Assembly (NCBI GenBank): GCA_944331845.1
Contig: CALVIT010000002.1
Coordinates: 1-61,197 of the forward strand
Source of the DNA: an uncultured Clostridia bacterium
GTDB taxonomy: Bacteria; Bacillota; Clostridia; Christensenellales; UBA1242
DNA length: 61,197 bases
Reading direction: 5' to 3'
Below are positions 33,113 through 43,303 of the stretch, piece after piece (the stretch's first letter is position 1; each line of letters begins with the position of its first letter). The position numbers and the translations under genes are program-made. The notes under the pieces are model-generated. The model was given only the letters and a program-made list of their open reading frames with translations, searched no databases and was not told the DNA's origin.

Positions 33113-33622
33113 ATGAAAGTTATAAAAAGACAAATGAATAGTAGAAATTGTATTATTTGCGGTATGGACAACCCCGCTTCAGTAAAGGCGCCATTTTATG
33201 AAATGGAAGACAAATCTATTGTATCAATTTTTAAGTTTAGCGATATTCATCAAAGTTATCCACAAAGGGTACACGGTGGTATGATAACTGCAATGCTTGA
33301 TGAACTCATAGGTAGAGCATTGTGGATAGATGACCCACATTGTTATGGGGTTACTATGAATATCAATATTAAATTTCGTAAACCTGTACCTTATGATGAG
33401 ACATTGTATGGTGTAGCAAAATTGAATAAAAATACAAAGATGTTTTTCGGTGGTAAAGGAAAAATTTTTGATAGCGAGGGAAATGTATTAGCAGAAGCCG
33501 AAATAAGTTATATTAAGTTAGAAACTTCAAAAATAGGGGATATGGAAGAAGACGAAGAGATGATATATGACATTAATGATGGCGTTAAAGATATTGATAT
33601 GAGCAAATTTATAATTGAATAG
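33113..33622 (+). CDS. Hotdog-fold thioesterase (PaaI/4HBT family)
   Basis: VHGGMITAMLDELIGRA is the typical PaaI active-site helix context. An N-terminal CIICG is present. I chose the ATG at 33113, 6 nt after GAGGTG. Confidence 0.6.
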   Translation: MKVIKRQMNSRNCIICGMDNPASVKAPFYEMEDKSIVSIFKFSDIHQSYPQRVHGGMITAMLDELIGRALWIDDPHCYGVTMNINIKFRKPVPYDETLYGVAKLNKNTKMFFGGKGKIFDSEGNVLAEAEISYIKLETSKIGDMEEDEEMIYDINDGVKDIDMSKFIIE

Positions 33623-33747
33623 TCTATTATTCAATTTTTTTGTTAATAATATTATAGAAACTTCATATTTATTAATTTTTAACTTATTTGAAGGCATTTA
33701 ATTTGTTAAAAAATATTGTCATATTATGATAAAATATGCTTAAATGA

Positions 33748-33776
33748 TTGACTTATTTATAAAAATCTATTATACT
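33748..33776 (+). promoter_or_regulatory. Sigma-A-type promoter for secDF
   Basis: TTGACT-N17-TATACT lies about 30 nt upstream of the secD RBS. Confidence 0.55.
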
Positions 33777-33806
33777 TTTATAAGCATTTCTCGAAGGGAG
33801 ATATAA

Positions 33807-35102
33807 ATGACAAAGAAACGAGCAATTAAGAACATTGTACTTGTTGTACTATTGTTTATTATAGGAATTTTATTGGCTTTTTGCCGTTTTGATATTCCAT
33901 TTACTAATTATACTTATAATGGTTTTATTAACTCAATCAAGATGGGACTTGATGTGAGCGGCGGTGTAACTGCTGTTTATGATGCAAAACTCGCTGATGA
34001 AAATTCTGGTGTAGATTTGGACACGGCTATTAAGTCTACAATTAATAGACTTGAAAGCATTTTGGCTGACCGTGGTTATACTGAAGCAACTGTTACAACT
34101 CAACAAGGTAATAGAATCCGTGTTGAAGTACCAGATGTTGAAGACCCACAAGAAGTTTTTGACCTTATCGGTAACCCAGCAAAATTGAGTTTTAAAACTG
34201 AAGAGGACCCAAACGCTGAATCTAGAATAACAGGTAGCGATATAAAGAATGTTGAATATGGGTTCCAAAATAATGAACACGGTGTAGTCGTAGATTTCAC
34301 TAGCGAAGGCGCTATAAAGTTCTCCGACCTTACACAAGAATTATCATCATCAGGTGGTAGTGTATATGTGTATATCGGGGATGAATTATTCACAACATTA
34401 ACTGTTCAAGAACATATTACAAGTGGTTCAACATTTATTAGTGGTAATATGAATACTCGTGCAGATGCTGAAGAATTCGCCTTAAGAATTATGAGTGGTA
34501 CTTTTAGCGCTGAGTTATCATTGTATGAGAGTTCAATAGTTAGTGCTACGTTAGGTATGAACGCTATTTCATCTGGTTTAATCGCTGCTATAGTTGGTTT
34601 AATATTAATCTTCATATTTATGGCATTTGTATATAGAACCTTTGGTCTTATGGCTGACATCGCATTGATGTTCTATGTCATATTAGTTCTATTCTTCTTA
34701 CAGGCTATTCCACTTGTACAGTTGACATTGCCAGGTATCGCAGGTATTATCTTGAGTTTAGGTATGGCTGTCGATGCTAACATTATTATATTTGAAAGAA
34801 TTAAGGATGAATACAAACACGGTAAGAGGATCCCAGCGAGTGTTAAGGGTGGTTTCAAAAGGGCAACTACTGCAATTTTGGACTCTAACATAACAACAAT
34901 GATGGTCTGTGTGGTATTGTATTTGTTAGGAACAGGTGCTATCAAAGGGTTCGCTATCACATTATTTATTGGTGTTGTTGTATCAATGTTCACTGCAATA
35001 TTTGTAACAAGATGGTTGATTAATATCTGCCTAGCATTTAATAGTTCTAAAGAACAACATTATAATTTATACAGGGAGGAAGGAGTAAATGAAGTCGCTT
35101 AG
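33807..35102 (+). CDS. secD: Protein translocase subunit SecD
   Basis: N-terminal TM segment, a periplasmic-type domain with LGLDVSGGV, and a C-terminal six-TM block with LPGIAGIILSLGMAVDANIIIFERIKDE. Confidence 0.9.
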   Translation: MTKKRAIKNIVLVVLLFIIGILLAFCRFDIPFTNYTYNGFINSIKMGLDVSGGVTAVYDAKLADENSGVDLDTAIKSTINRLESILADRGYTEATVTTQQGNRIRVEVPDVEDPQEVFDLIGNPAKLSFKTEEDPNAESRITGSDIKNVEYGFQNNEHGVVVDFTSEGAIKFSDLTQELSSSGGSVYVYIGDELFTTLTVQEHITSGSTFISGNMNTRADAEEFALRIMSGTFSAELSLYESSIVSATLGMNAISSGLIAAIVGLILIFIFMAFVYRTFGLMADIALMFYVILVLFFLQAIPLVQLTLPGIAGIILSLGMAVDANIIIFERIKDEYKHGKRIPASVKGGFKRATTAILDSNITTMMVCVVLYLLGTGAIKGFAITLFIGVVVSMFTAIFVTRWLINICLAFNSSKEQHYNLYREEGVNEVA

Positions 35103-36162
35103 AGTATTTGATAAAATACAAGACACGAAATTTGATTTTGTTAAGCATGCTTGGAAATTTGCGATTGCTTCCCTTGCTATACTATTGGCAGGTATAATAG
35201 TGTGGATCGCTTGCGGACTTAATTTAGGTCTTGACTTTACAGGTGGTTCTATTGTCAAAGTTCAAATAGGTTCACAGTTGGATGAAGGTAACGCATACAA
35301 TACTTATGCTGACAAAATAGAAGATGTATTCGCTGAATATGGAATCACTATTTCTCAAATGCAAAAAGAAGATAGCGGGGAAAGTGCTTCTATATCTGTA
35401 AGATTCCAAGACTTGGAAGGATATACTGCAGAACAAATGTCCGCACTTGTTACAGGCGACATAACTGACTCGTTGACAAAGGCTTTGAATGCTGATGGAA
35501 GTAACACAAATTTTGAAGTTTTTGAAAGTCAAAGAATTGGTGCTACTGCTAGTTCAAATCTATTAAGTTCAGCGATTTTGGCTATATTAATTTCTTCAAT
35601 ATTAATATTGATATACATTGCTATTCGCTTTGAATTGTTAAGTGGTATCGCTACTCTAGTTACAATCGTACACGATGTGTTAATAGTCTTCGCGCTTGTA
35701 TCAATATTTAGAATTGAAATAAATAGTACTTTCGTTGCGGCGATAATTACCGTAATAGGTTACTCAATCAACAATACAATTATTATATTTGATAGAGTTC
35801 GTGAGAATATGAACAATGAGAAAGTGGCAAGTCAAGGGTCTAATTATGTTGTTCAAATCTCTGTTAAACAAACATTGATTCGTTCGTTGTATACAACATT
35901 TACAACATTATTAGCAATAGCAATGCTTGCTATAATAGGTGTATCTAGTATTCAAATATTCTTGTTACCTATCATATTCGGTTTGATTGCGGGTGCTTAT
36001 TCTTCAATCTTCTTAGCTCCAGCATTGTGGGCAATTATGATAAAGAATTATACCGATAGAATGAAAGCTAAAGGTAAGCCTGTTAGATTGTCTATTCTTA
36101 ACAAAAAGAAAAAAGACAAAAAAGATGATAACAAGGATGTCGTTGAAACAACAATAGCATAA
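35089..36162 (+). CDS. secF: Protein translocase subunit SecF
   Basis: FDFVKHAWKF...GLDFTGGS and IGYSINNTIIIFDRVREN motifs. The gene overlaps the secD end by 14 nt. Confidence 0.9.
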   Translation: MKSLRVFDKIQDTKFDFVKHAWKFAIASLAILLAGIIVWIACGLNLGLDFTGGSIVKVQIGSQLDEGNAYNTYADKIEDVFAEYGITISQMQKEDSGESASISVRFQDLEGYTAEQMSALVTGDITDSLTKALNADGSNTNFEVFESQRIGATASSNLLSSAILAILISSILILIYIAIRFELLSGIATLVTIVHDVLIVFALVSIFRIEINSTFVAAIITVIGYSINNTIIIFDRVRENMNNEKVASQGSNYVVQISVKQTLIRSLYTTFTTLLAIAMLAIIGVSSIQIFLLPIIFGLIAGAYSSIFLAPALWAIMIKNYTDRMKAKGKPVRLSILNKKKKDKKDDNKDVVETTIA

Positions 36163-36167
36163 AAAGT

Positions 36168-36192
36168 GGCATACTTTGTGTATGCTATTTTT
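36168..36192 (+). terminator. Intrinsic terminator after secF
   Basis: GCATAC-tttgt-GTATGC hairpin followed by tattttt. Confidence 0.55.
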
Positions 36193-36226
36193 GTTATTAT
36201 GAATAAATTACTACAAAGGTGATAAA

Positions 36227-36847
36227 ATGAATTTAAAAAAAGAGTTAAATACAATTTTATTTGTATTTTGTATGTTCTCAGTTATATTTGGTGTTCTTTG
36301 TGTTGTATTCGCTGAAGAGTTCGCTGTAGCAGTTCCGTATATTATTGGTGCCTTGGTTGTGATTGATGGTATCTATACATTGATTAAATATTTCTTAAGA
36401 AAAGATATTGCTCTACCTAATAACTTTGCTTTGGCACAAGGGTTAATTAACATTGTATTAGGTATTCTTATTCTTTTGTCAACTGAGTTCTTCGCTACAG
36501 CATTCGGCATATTTGTTGCTATATGTTTGCTTGTATATGGATTATTTCAACTCAATATGTGTGTGAATTTTATGAAAACATCCAAATTATACATATATGA
36601 TTTGATTGAATCAATATTATTAATTGTATTTGCTATACTATTGTTAATTTTCTCAGGAGAAGCAATAGCAATAGTGATAACTATTATGGGTGCCGGAATG
36701 ATTGTAATAGGTGTATACATCGCTGTTAAATCAATCATTCAAAATAAAAAATTAGATGAAGAAGACACACAAATTGTCGAGACAACGGTCGTTAAAGATG
36801 ATGACAACAAAAATAATAACAAAAGCGATAACGCAAATAACGAATAA
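36227..36847 (+). CDS. Integral membrane protein, DUF308/HdeD-like, with a basic/acidic Asn-rich tail
   Basis: Six predicted TM helices in paired repeats (VIDGIYTLIKYF-type). The family assignment is tentative. Confidence 0.5.
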   Translation: MNLKKELNTILFVFCMFSVIFGVLCVVFAEEFAVAVPYIIGALVVIDGIYTLIKYFLRKDIALPNNFALAQGLINIVLGILILLSTEFFATAFGIFVAICLLVYGLFQLNMCVNFMKTSKLYIYDLIESILLIVFAILLLIFSGEAIAIVITIMGAGMIVIGVYIAVKSIIQNKKLDEEDTQIVETTVVKDDDNKNNNKSDNANNE

Positions 36848-36871
36848 TGTTAATTGATATGAATATATAAA

Positions 36872-36931
36872 TAAAAAAGGCAATGATTATTAAACTTATA
36901 ATAAGTCTAATTTAACCATTTGCCTTTTTTA
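36872..36931. terminator. Bidirectional terminator between convergent genes
   Basis: AAAAAAGGCAATG...CATTTGCCTTTTTT is a long hairpin flanked by an A-run and a T-run. Confidence 0.55.
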
Positions 36932-37027
36932 TTTAATTTATTTTTAATTAATCAATGTTATTTAATTTTATAACTTTGTTAAAGTGTGTTAATTAATAAA
37001 GAATACATAGAATACTTTTAAATTAAA

Positions 37028-38485
37028 TTATTCAAACAATTTGACTTTTCTTTCCTTCATTTCATCAATGCGATTAATATAGGTTATTATGTCTTTAACA
37101 TTGTCTGCTCGTTCAATTCTATTTTCTTGTGGGAATAATCTTTTTGAAATTGCATTTGCTCCGCAAGCAATTATACTTGAGAAGTCTTCCATAGAGTTTA
37201 TATTAAATTTACATTTAGTATTATTTTTGCAGAAACCTACATTCTCTAAATTGCCTATCATATTTTTTTGTTTATAGATATAGTAGGGTGCGTAGCCTGC
37301 TTTGATTAACCTTTGTTGAGATAGTTCAACATTTGCCTGAATTGTTTTTGGGTCAACTTCATTATTATAAGTCCCTAATTTAGTTAAGGGCGACTTTGTT
37401 TTGAATGATAATGTGTGTACTGTTATGTTATCAGGTTGAAGTGATATTGTTTTATCAAGCGAGTTAATGAATGTATTAGAATCGTAAGGAAGCCCAACAA
37501 TCAAATCCATATTTATTATAAAAGGGTATTGTCTAGCTAAATGATAAGCATTCAAAATATCTTGTGTAGTATGTAGTCTACCTATTGCCTTAAGTGATTG
37601 TTCATTAAATGTCTGTGGGTTAATGCTTATTCTATTGACTTTGTTTTTTTGTAATACATCAAGTTTGCTTCTGTCTATTGTATCAGGTCTACCGGCTTCA
37701 ACTGTAAATTCGTGTTCACCTTCAAATTTAATTGCACTCAAAACTTTATCAAGTTGTTCAGCGGTTAGTGAAGTAGGAGTTCCACCGCCAACATATATGT
37801 TATTAACTTTAAGATGTTTATTTTTGATTAATTCTTTAGCAAAATTAATTTCTTCTACTAGACAATCAATGTAAGGGTCAACATATTGTTGTGCCTTTGA
37901 AATCTCGCAAGATAAGAATGTACAATATGAACAACGAGTAGTGCAAAATGGTATATGAACATAAAAATCAACTGCGTTTTCTTCAATTTTGATAGGTAAT
38001 TGATTGTGTATTATATCAATTAATAATTGTGCTTTTTGTGGCGATACATAATACTCTTTAATTAATAAATCTCTTGTTAATTCTAGGTCATTAGTATTGT
38101 CATAATATTCTAATGCAATTTTTGTAGGTTTGACTCCGGTCAATGCTCCCCAAGGTTGATTAATTTTAAGATAGTCGCTAAGTGCTGTATAGATAGCAAG
38201 TTTTGCTGTCCTTTTGATATACTTATCTTCTAATTGTGGTAACTTATCTTGTCTACAATATGTCGATTGATGAATCTTCTTCTTATTGTCGTTTTGTAAT
38301 TCATATTCCATTATTGTAACAAAATTAGTTATAGTATTATTCTCTTCTGTTAAATAATGCACTAATTCGTACCTATGATAATCATCATTCTCTTCAGCAA
38401 GTTTTATCTCCTCATTTGGTAGGAAAGGGTGTATCTGCTGATAAATATCATAGAAATATTCTTCTTTGTTAGTAGTTATTCTCAT
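37028..38485 (-). CDS. Radical SAM protein, oxygen-independent coproporphyrinogen-III oxidase-like (HemZ/HemN family)
   Basis: The CxxxCxxC motif appears in FYVHIPFCTTRCSYCTF, with a ~170-aa N-terminal extension as in HemZ-type proteins. The GGGTPT block is present. Confidence 0.65.
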   Translation of the reverse strand: MRITTNKEEYFYDIYQQIHPFLPNEEIKLAEENDDYHRYELVHYLTEENNTITNFVTIMEYELQNDNKKKIHQSTYCRQDKLPQLEDKYIKRTAKLAIYTALSDYLKINQPWGALTGVKPTKIALEYYDNTNDLELTRDLLIKEYYVSPQKAQLLIDIIHNQLPIKIEENAVDFYVHIPFCTTRCSYCTFLSCEISKAQQYVDPYIDCLVEEINFAKELIKNKHLKVNNIYVGGGTPTSLTAEQLDKVLSAIKFEGEHEFTVEAGRPDTIDRSKLDVLQKNKVNRISINPQTFNEQSLKAIGRLHTTQDILNAYHLARQYPFIINMDLIVGLPYDSNTFINSLDKTISLQPDNITVHTLSFKTKSPLTKLGTYNNEVDPKTIQANVELSQQRLIKAGYAPYYIYKQKNMIGNLENVGFCKNNTKCKFNINSMEDFSSIIACGANAISKRLFPQENRIERADNVKDIITYINRIDEMKERKVKLFE

Positions 38486-38487
38486 AT

Positions 38488-40890
38488 TTATTTACCTATA
38501 TTCTTTAATTTATTGTATTCTGTATTAAATTCATTGTAAGTGTGTGATTTATCTAATGATGAATGTATATTCTTATTCTCACTCAATTTTAATTTGTTGT
38601 CTACATATTCATATTTTAAAATGCCTATTTCGGCAAATATTTTTAAACAAAATACCATTTGTAAGTAGTTAGCATTAGGTATATGTTGTTTTATGTTCTC
38701 ATATAGTTCGCTCAATCCATTTAGTTCACTATTATTCTCTATAATATTACTGATGTTCTTGTAATAAATGCCACAAGTTTTTCTATCAAATGATAATTTA
38801 CTGATAAATTTATCCATACTGACATTCTCATCAAGTATGTATATTTGTGCATTTGTAAGTTTTTGAATGGTCGATAAATAATTAGTGTTAATGATTGGGT
38901 CGAGAAATACTATATTATTATAGTTTTTGTAATTATTTTTAAGACTAGGATTTAAGACTAAAGAGTTATGCCCTTTGTCTTCATATATTGTCTTATAGTT
39001 ATATGAGAACACCATATTTGTGATAGCGGGGCAAGCACTATATTTATTGTATGTATCTAGTTCGTTAGCGACGAATAAGGTACCATATACATTATCTAAT
39101 TTTGTAATAAAATTCATAATTTCATTACGAGAGTATGTGCTGTATTGATTTGAACTTTCGTTGTTACATAGTATTTCGGCAAAGTATTCTCCTAGAACTT
39201 TGTCTTTATCTGATAATTTAAGTTCTCTATCGGCGATAACTTGTTTAAGAAATATCTTACTAGACTCAAAACCTCTATATACATCTAGTTGTAGTTCAAC
39301 TATTGCTTTCTTTGTATTTATTTCATTTAGTAAATCTTTATATTTTCCAAAATTAAAACCTACAGCACTAATATTATTAAGACTCATTGTTAAATGATTA
39401 GGATATTGTTTCATAAGTGTTGCATTCGCTCTAGCGAATTTAATTCTAAATCTTGGTCTAGGATTTTCATTTCCTATAGGTTCTAGTACATTTAATTGTC
39501 TAACAAAGTCTCTTGTAACTCTTTTTATATCTAAATCCATATCATAAGTTTTTTGTGGAACAAATACGCTAGAATCAAAATCTTGTTGTAAAATTTTCTC
39601 AATATTATTCTTAAATATTTCAAAATTCTCGACTTTAAGTTTTAACCCTGCAGCCATTGTATGTCCACCAAATGACTCTAAAACATCTTGAGTCTTCTTT
39701 AGACAACTATGTATGTTCACACCATCTATGCTTCTTCCTGACCCTGTTAAGAGTCCATCCACATTAGAGAATAAGAAGGTGGGGCGATAGTATTCTTCGC
39801 ACAATTTAGCGGCAACAATTCCTAGGATACCGCTATCCCATTTGTCGCTATATAGACATATTGCTCTTTGATTTGTTAAGATACTATTATTTAAGTAATT
39901 TTTGCAATCTTCATATACTACATTACATAATTCTTGTCTTTGTACATTGAATTCTAAAATTGTGTCGATGAGTTCGTTTATTCTCTCATCATCTTCAGTT
40001 AAGTACAGCTCTAAAGATTTGTCGGCATCGCCCATACGCCCAGAAGCATTTAATTTTGGTGCTAACTTATATGAAACATCGGTCGCTAGCGGGTGCTTAA
40101 TATCGAGTTTGTCAAGCAACTTAAGTATTCCCTTAGGTGCTTTATGTATTAATCTTAACCCTAATGTTACCATTGCTCTATTCTCATCTAAGAGTGGAAC
40201 AATGTCCGCAATAGTCGCTATTGCTACGATAGGCAAAAACTCTTTTGCATAATCAATACCTTCAAGTGCTTGTACTAATTTGAATGCCATACCTGTACCG
40301 CATATTTCTTTAAATGGATATTTTTGATTTGGAAGTTTAGCATTTAAAGTTAAACATTCAGGTAAAACATCGGGTATGTCGTGGTGGTCGGTAACAATAA
40401 CATCTATACCAAGTTGTTTAGCATATTCTATTTCATCGTGGCAAGATATACCGCAGTCGACAGTTATAATTAAATCAGGATTTTGATTTTCTTTTATCTT
40501 ATCTATTGCTGAACAACTCAATCCATAACCATCCACATATCTATTTGGCATAAAGTGCATAGCATCTATGCCTTTGTATTTAAAATATTTTATCAATATA
40601 GCGGTAGCACTGACACCATCTACATCATAATCTCCAAATACTAAAATGCGTTTTTTGTCTTGAATCGCTTTGTTAATTTTGTCCACTACTTTATCCATAT
40701 CATTGAGTAAAAATGGGTCGTAGAAGTCTTGCATTTTGGGGTGAAGATAATGATTAATTTTGTCTTCACTATCTATATTTCTCATATACAATATTTCTAT
40801 TATTTCTGGATACAAATTAAATTTTTTGCTTATTTTAGAAATTTCTTCCTTATCAAAGGGTTCATTCCTTGTTTTTTTAACTAATTTCAT
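38488..40890 (-). CDS. recJ: Single-stranded-DNA-specific exonuclease RecJ with a long C-terminal extension
   Basis: DHH motifs are present: VFGDYDVDGVSATAIL, ITVDCGI, VIVTDHH and GGHTMAAG (DHHA1). The protein is 800 aa. Confidence 0.85.
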   Translation of the reverse strand: MKLVKKTRNEPFDKEEISKISKKFNLYPEIIEILYMRNIDSEDKINHYLHPKMQDFYDPFLLNDMDKVVDKINKAIQDKKRILVFGDYDVDGVSATAILIKYFKYKGIDAMHFMPNRYVDGYGLSCSAIDKIKENQNPDLIITVDCGISCHDEIEYAKQLGIDVIVTDHHDIPDVLPECLTLNAKLPNQKYPFKEICGTGMAFKLVQALEGIDYAKEFLPIVAIATIADIVPLLDENRAMVTLGLRLIHKAPKGILKLLDKLDIKHPLATDVSYKLAPKLNASGRMGDADKSLELYLTEDDERINELIDTILEFNVQRQELCNVVYEDCKNYLNNSILTNQRAICLYSDKWDSGILGIVAAKLCEEYYRPTFLFSNVDGLLTGSGRSIDGVNIHSCLKKTQDVLESFGGHTMAAGLKLKVENFEIFKNNIEKILQQDFDSSVFVPQKTYDMDLDIKRVTRDFVRQLNVLEPIGNENPRPRFRIKFARANATLMKQYPNHLTMSLNNISAVGFNFGKYKDLLNEINTKKAIVELQLDVYRGFESSKIFLKQVIADRELKLSDKDKVLGEYFAEILCNNESSNQYSTYSRNEIMNFITKLDNVYGTLFVANELDTYNKYSACPAITNMVFSYNYKTIYEDKGHNSLVLNPSLKNNYKNYNNIVFLDPIINTNYLSTIQKLTNAQIYILDENVSMDKFISKLSFDRKTCGIYYKNISNIIENNSELNGLSELYENIKQHIPNANYLQMVFCLKIFAEIGILKYEYVDNKLKLSENKNIHSSLDKSHTYNEFNTEYNKLKNIGK

Positions 40891-41137
40891 TTTTTCTCCT
40901 AAAGAAAATTATACTCAAAAAAGACATTTGCTTTGGGCAAACTTATGTAAATTAAAATATGTATTAATTATTTTGAAATAATTTTCTGTCTAACTTTGTT
41001 ACATTATAGCAAATTATGTTATTGAATGCAAGTATTTTTTTATAAACAATTAACATAACAAATTTTGGTACTATATTTTTTTAAAATTTATAATAATTTA
41101 CAAAAAATTATACAAACTAATTCGAAGGAGAATTCAA

Positions 41138-42334
41138 TTGAAATTCATAAAGTACTTAGTAGGCGCTTATGTCTGTTTTTTTGTATGCGTGCTAATGCTT
41201 GTACCTATAATTATTAATGATTCGCTACCTAATTCAATGATAATTAGCGGAGACATTGATAATTACATTAAGAAGGGTATCGTAAGCACACAATATTATC
41301 CTAGTTCGACAACTGCGACTACTGCATCTAATTTCTCAAATGGTCAATTACAAGTTAAGTATTTAGGCCTTACAGTAAAAAATATAGACATATATAAAGT
41401 AGAGAAAGATGAGATATACGCTTGTGGCAAGACTGTTGGTGTAGCGCTTCAATCTAAGGGGGTAGTTGTAGTAGGACAAAATCCTATTATAACAGAGAAT
41501 GGCAAAGAGATTATTTCATCTAATATTAACATAGGCGATATTCTCTGTGAGATTGAAGGCGAATATGTAGAGACAGCAGAGAGTGTATCTAAAATTATTA
41601 ATGACAAACAATATCAAGGCAAAGAACTAGTCGCTAAATACAAGCGAGATGGGCAAACACATTATACGACTTTGAAACCAAAACTAGACAAAGAGAGTCA
41701 AACATACAAACTAGGTTTGTGGGTAAGAGATGATGCTAGCGGAATAGGTACGATGACTTATGTTAAAGGTGATACGCTAGAATTTGGAGCGCTTGGGCAT
41801 CCAATAAGCGACATAGACACTGGGGCGATAATGGATGTTTTTGACGGGAATATATACAAATGCTCTATTTTGTCTATTGACAAGGGTACAAGGGGCAAAG
41901 CAGGAGAAATGAAAGGCATATTTGTTCAATCGCAAAAATCATTAGGTCAAGTTAATAAAAATACTGATTATGGAATTTTTGGTACTACTACAAATGACTT
42001 ATTACAATGTTGTAAAAAAGTAAAGATAGGCGGTAGAAGTACTGCAAAAGCGGGTAAGGCAAAAATATTATGTAGTCTTGATGGCAAAAATATTGAAGAA
42101 TTCGACATAGAGATTATTAAGACAAGTTACAAATCAAAAAATTCAAATAAATCATTAGTATTCAAAGTTACTGACAAAGATTTAATCAAAAAGACAGGCG
42201 GTATTATTCAAGGTATGAGTGGTAGTCCAATCATTCAAAATGGCAGATTAATAGGCGCTGTTACACATGTATTTTTGAACGATGCAACAAAAGGGTTTGG
42301 AGTATATCTAGATTTAATGCTAGAAAATAGTTAA
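41138..42334 (+). CDS. spoIVB: SpoIVB peptidase (S55 family sporulation signalling protease)
   Basis: N-terminal TM segment, a PDZ region (GDILCEIEGEYV), and the S55 blocks GIGTMTYV, GALGHPISD and GMSGSPIIQNGRLIGAVTHVF. The start is a TTG 7 nt after AAGGAG. Confidence 0.85.
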   Translation: MKFIKYLVGAYVCFFVCVLMLVPIIINDSLPNSMIISGDIDNYIKKGIVSTQYYPSSTTATTASNFSNGQLQVKYLGLTVKNIDIYKVEKDEIYACGKTVGVALQSKGVVVVGQNPIITENGKEIISSNINIGDILCEIEGEYVETAESVSKIINDKQYQGKELVAKYKRDGQTHYTTLKPKLDKESQTYKLGLWVRDDASGIGTMTYVKGDTLEFGALGHPISDIDTGAIMDVFDGNIYKCSILSIDKGTRGKAGEMKGIFVQSQKSLGQVNKNTDYGIFGTTTNDLLQCCKKVKIGGRSTAKAGKAKILCSLDGKNIEEFDIEIIKTSYKSKNSNKSLVFKVTDKDLIKKTGGIIQGMSGSPIIQNGRLIGAVTHVFLNDATKGFGVYLDLMLENS

Positions 42335-42361
42335 TAAAATTTAAAAATAGAAGGGCAGAAA

Positions 42362-43087
42362 ATGAAAGAAAAACAAATAGATATTGATTCAAAATTTAAG
42401 TATGATTTGGCAGGATTAAAAAATAAACTCAAAAAAAGCAATTTATGCACTATTGTTGCTGATTTTGATAGCAATGATACTTATTCTCTTATGTTTGCTT
42501 GTCAAAATGAACATATGCAAACTTTAGACAATATTATTGCACACAATTTGAGTGATTTTTATATTAATAGATATAAGAAGTACTATCTAGAACATCATAT
42601 TAATATTAATGCGATTGAGAATATGTTTGTACCTGCGTACATATGTGCAATTGCTTCTTTTGACACATTTACTGATAAGGAAATATCTTTGGATGCTGAC
42701 TATACTATGTCAAAACTATCTGTTATACCATTTTTGTATTTTAAATTACCGGGGCTAATTCAACGCTGGCAAATGATAGCGGATTTAACTAATGACAATA
42801 TTCAGTGTTTTGATAAGTCGAGTTCAGTCATAGATTTGTTGTGCTATTTAGTTAAAAATCAACAAAATAAGACTAAAACATTAGAAGTTTATTTTGATGA
42901 CAAAGGTATTAAAATATTTAATAACAACATTTTAAGTTTTATAAGCCCTACTCAAAACAAAAATGATATCGCTAATATGATGGCCGTTTTGATTAAATTA
43001 TGCCCTCAACAAATAAAAATAAAAAGCACAAATGCTAATTCTCATATCGAGACTATTAGAAGAATTTTTAGTGAGAAAGTTTTATAA
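42362..43087 (+). CDS. Hypothetical protein, possibly YtxC-like sporulation protein
   Basis: 241 aa. The arrangement of ...FYINRYKKYYLEHHI... and ...VIDLLCYLVKNQQNKTKTLEVYFDD... resembles my recollection of the YtxC family. I did not verify this. Confidence 0.4.
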   Translation: MKEKQIDIDSKFKYDLAGLKNKLKKSNLCTIVADFDSNDTYSLMFACQNEHMQTLDNIIAHNLSDFYINRYKKYYLEHHININAIENMFVPAYICAIASFDTFTDKEISLDADYTMSKLSVIPFLYFKLPGLIQRWQMIADLTNDNIQCFDKSSSVIDLLCYLVKNQQNKTKTLEVYFDDKGIKIFNNNILSFISPTQNKNDIANMMAVLIKLCPQQIKIKSTNANSHIETIRRIFSEKVL

Positions 43088-43303
43088 TTATATTTATGTT
43101 TACTATAAAGAATGAAGACTATCCATTTATTTGCTTGTGAAAATTTTATTATTGTGATAAAATTAATATAAACAACAAGGGGATAAATATGTTTAGTTTT
43201 TTTTTGCAAGCGTAGTTCAAATCAAAATAATTATCTAAATAATAAACTTGCATTCAAGAATAATAATTCTAGTTTAAGTAAGTTATCAAATAATTTTGAA
43301 GCA

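Noticed and set aside
41020-41060. Forespore sigma (F/G)-type promoter upstream of spoIVB (GTATT-N17-CATAACA)
   Set aside because: The match to the loose sigma-G/F consensus is possible but not distinguishable from chance in this AT-rich spacer. It is not reported as a feature.
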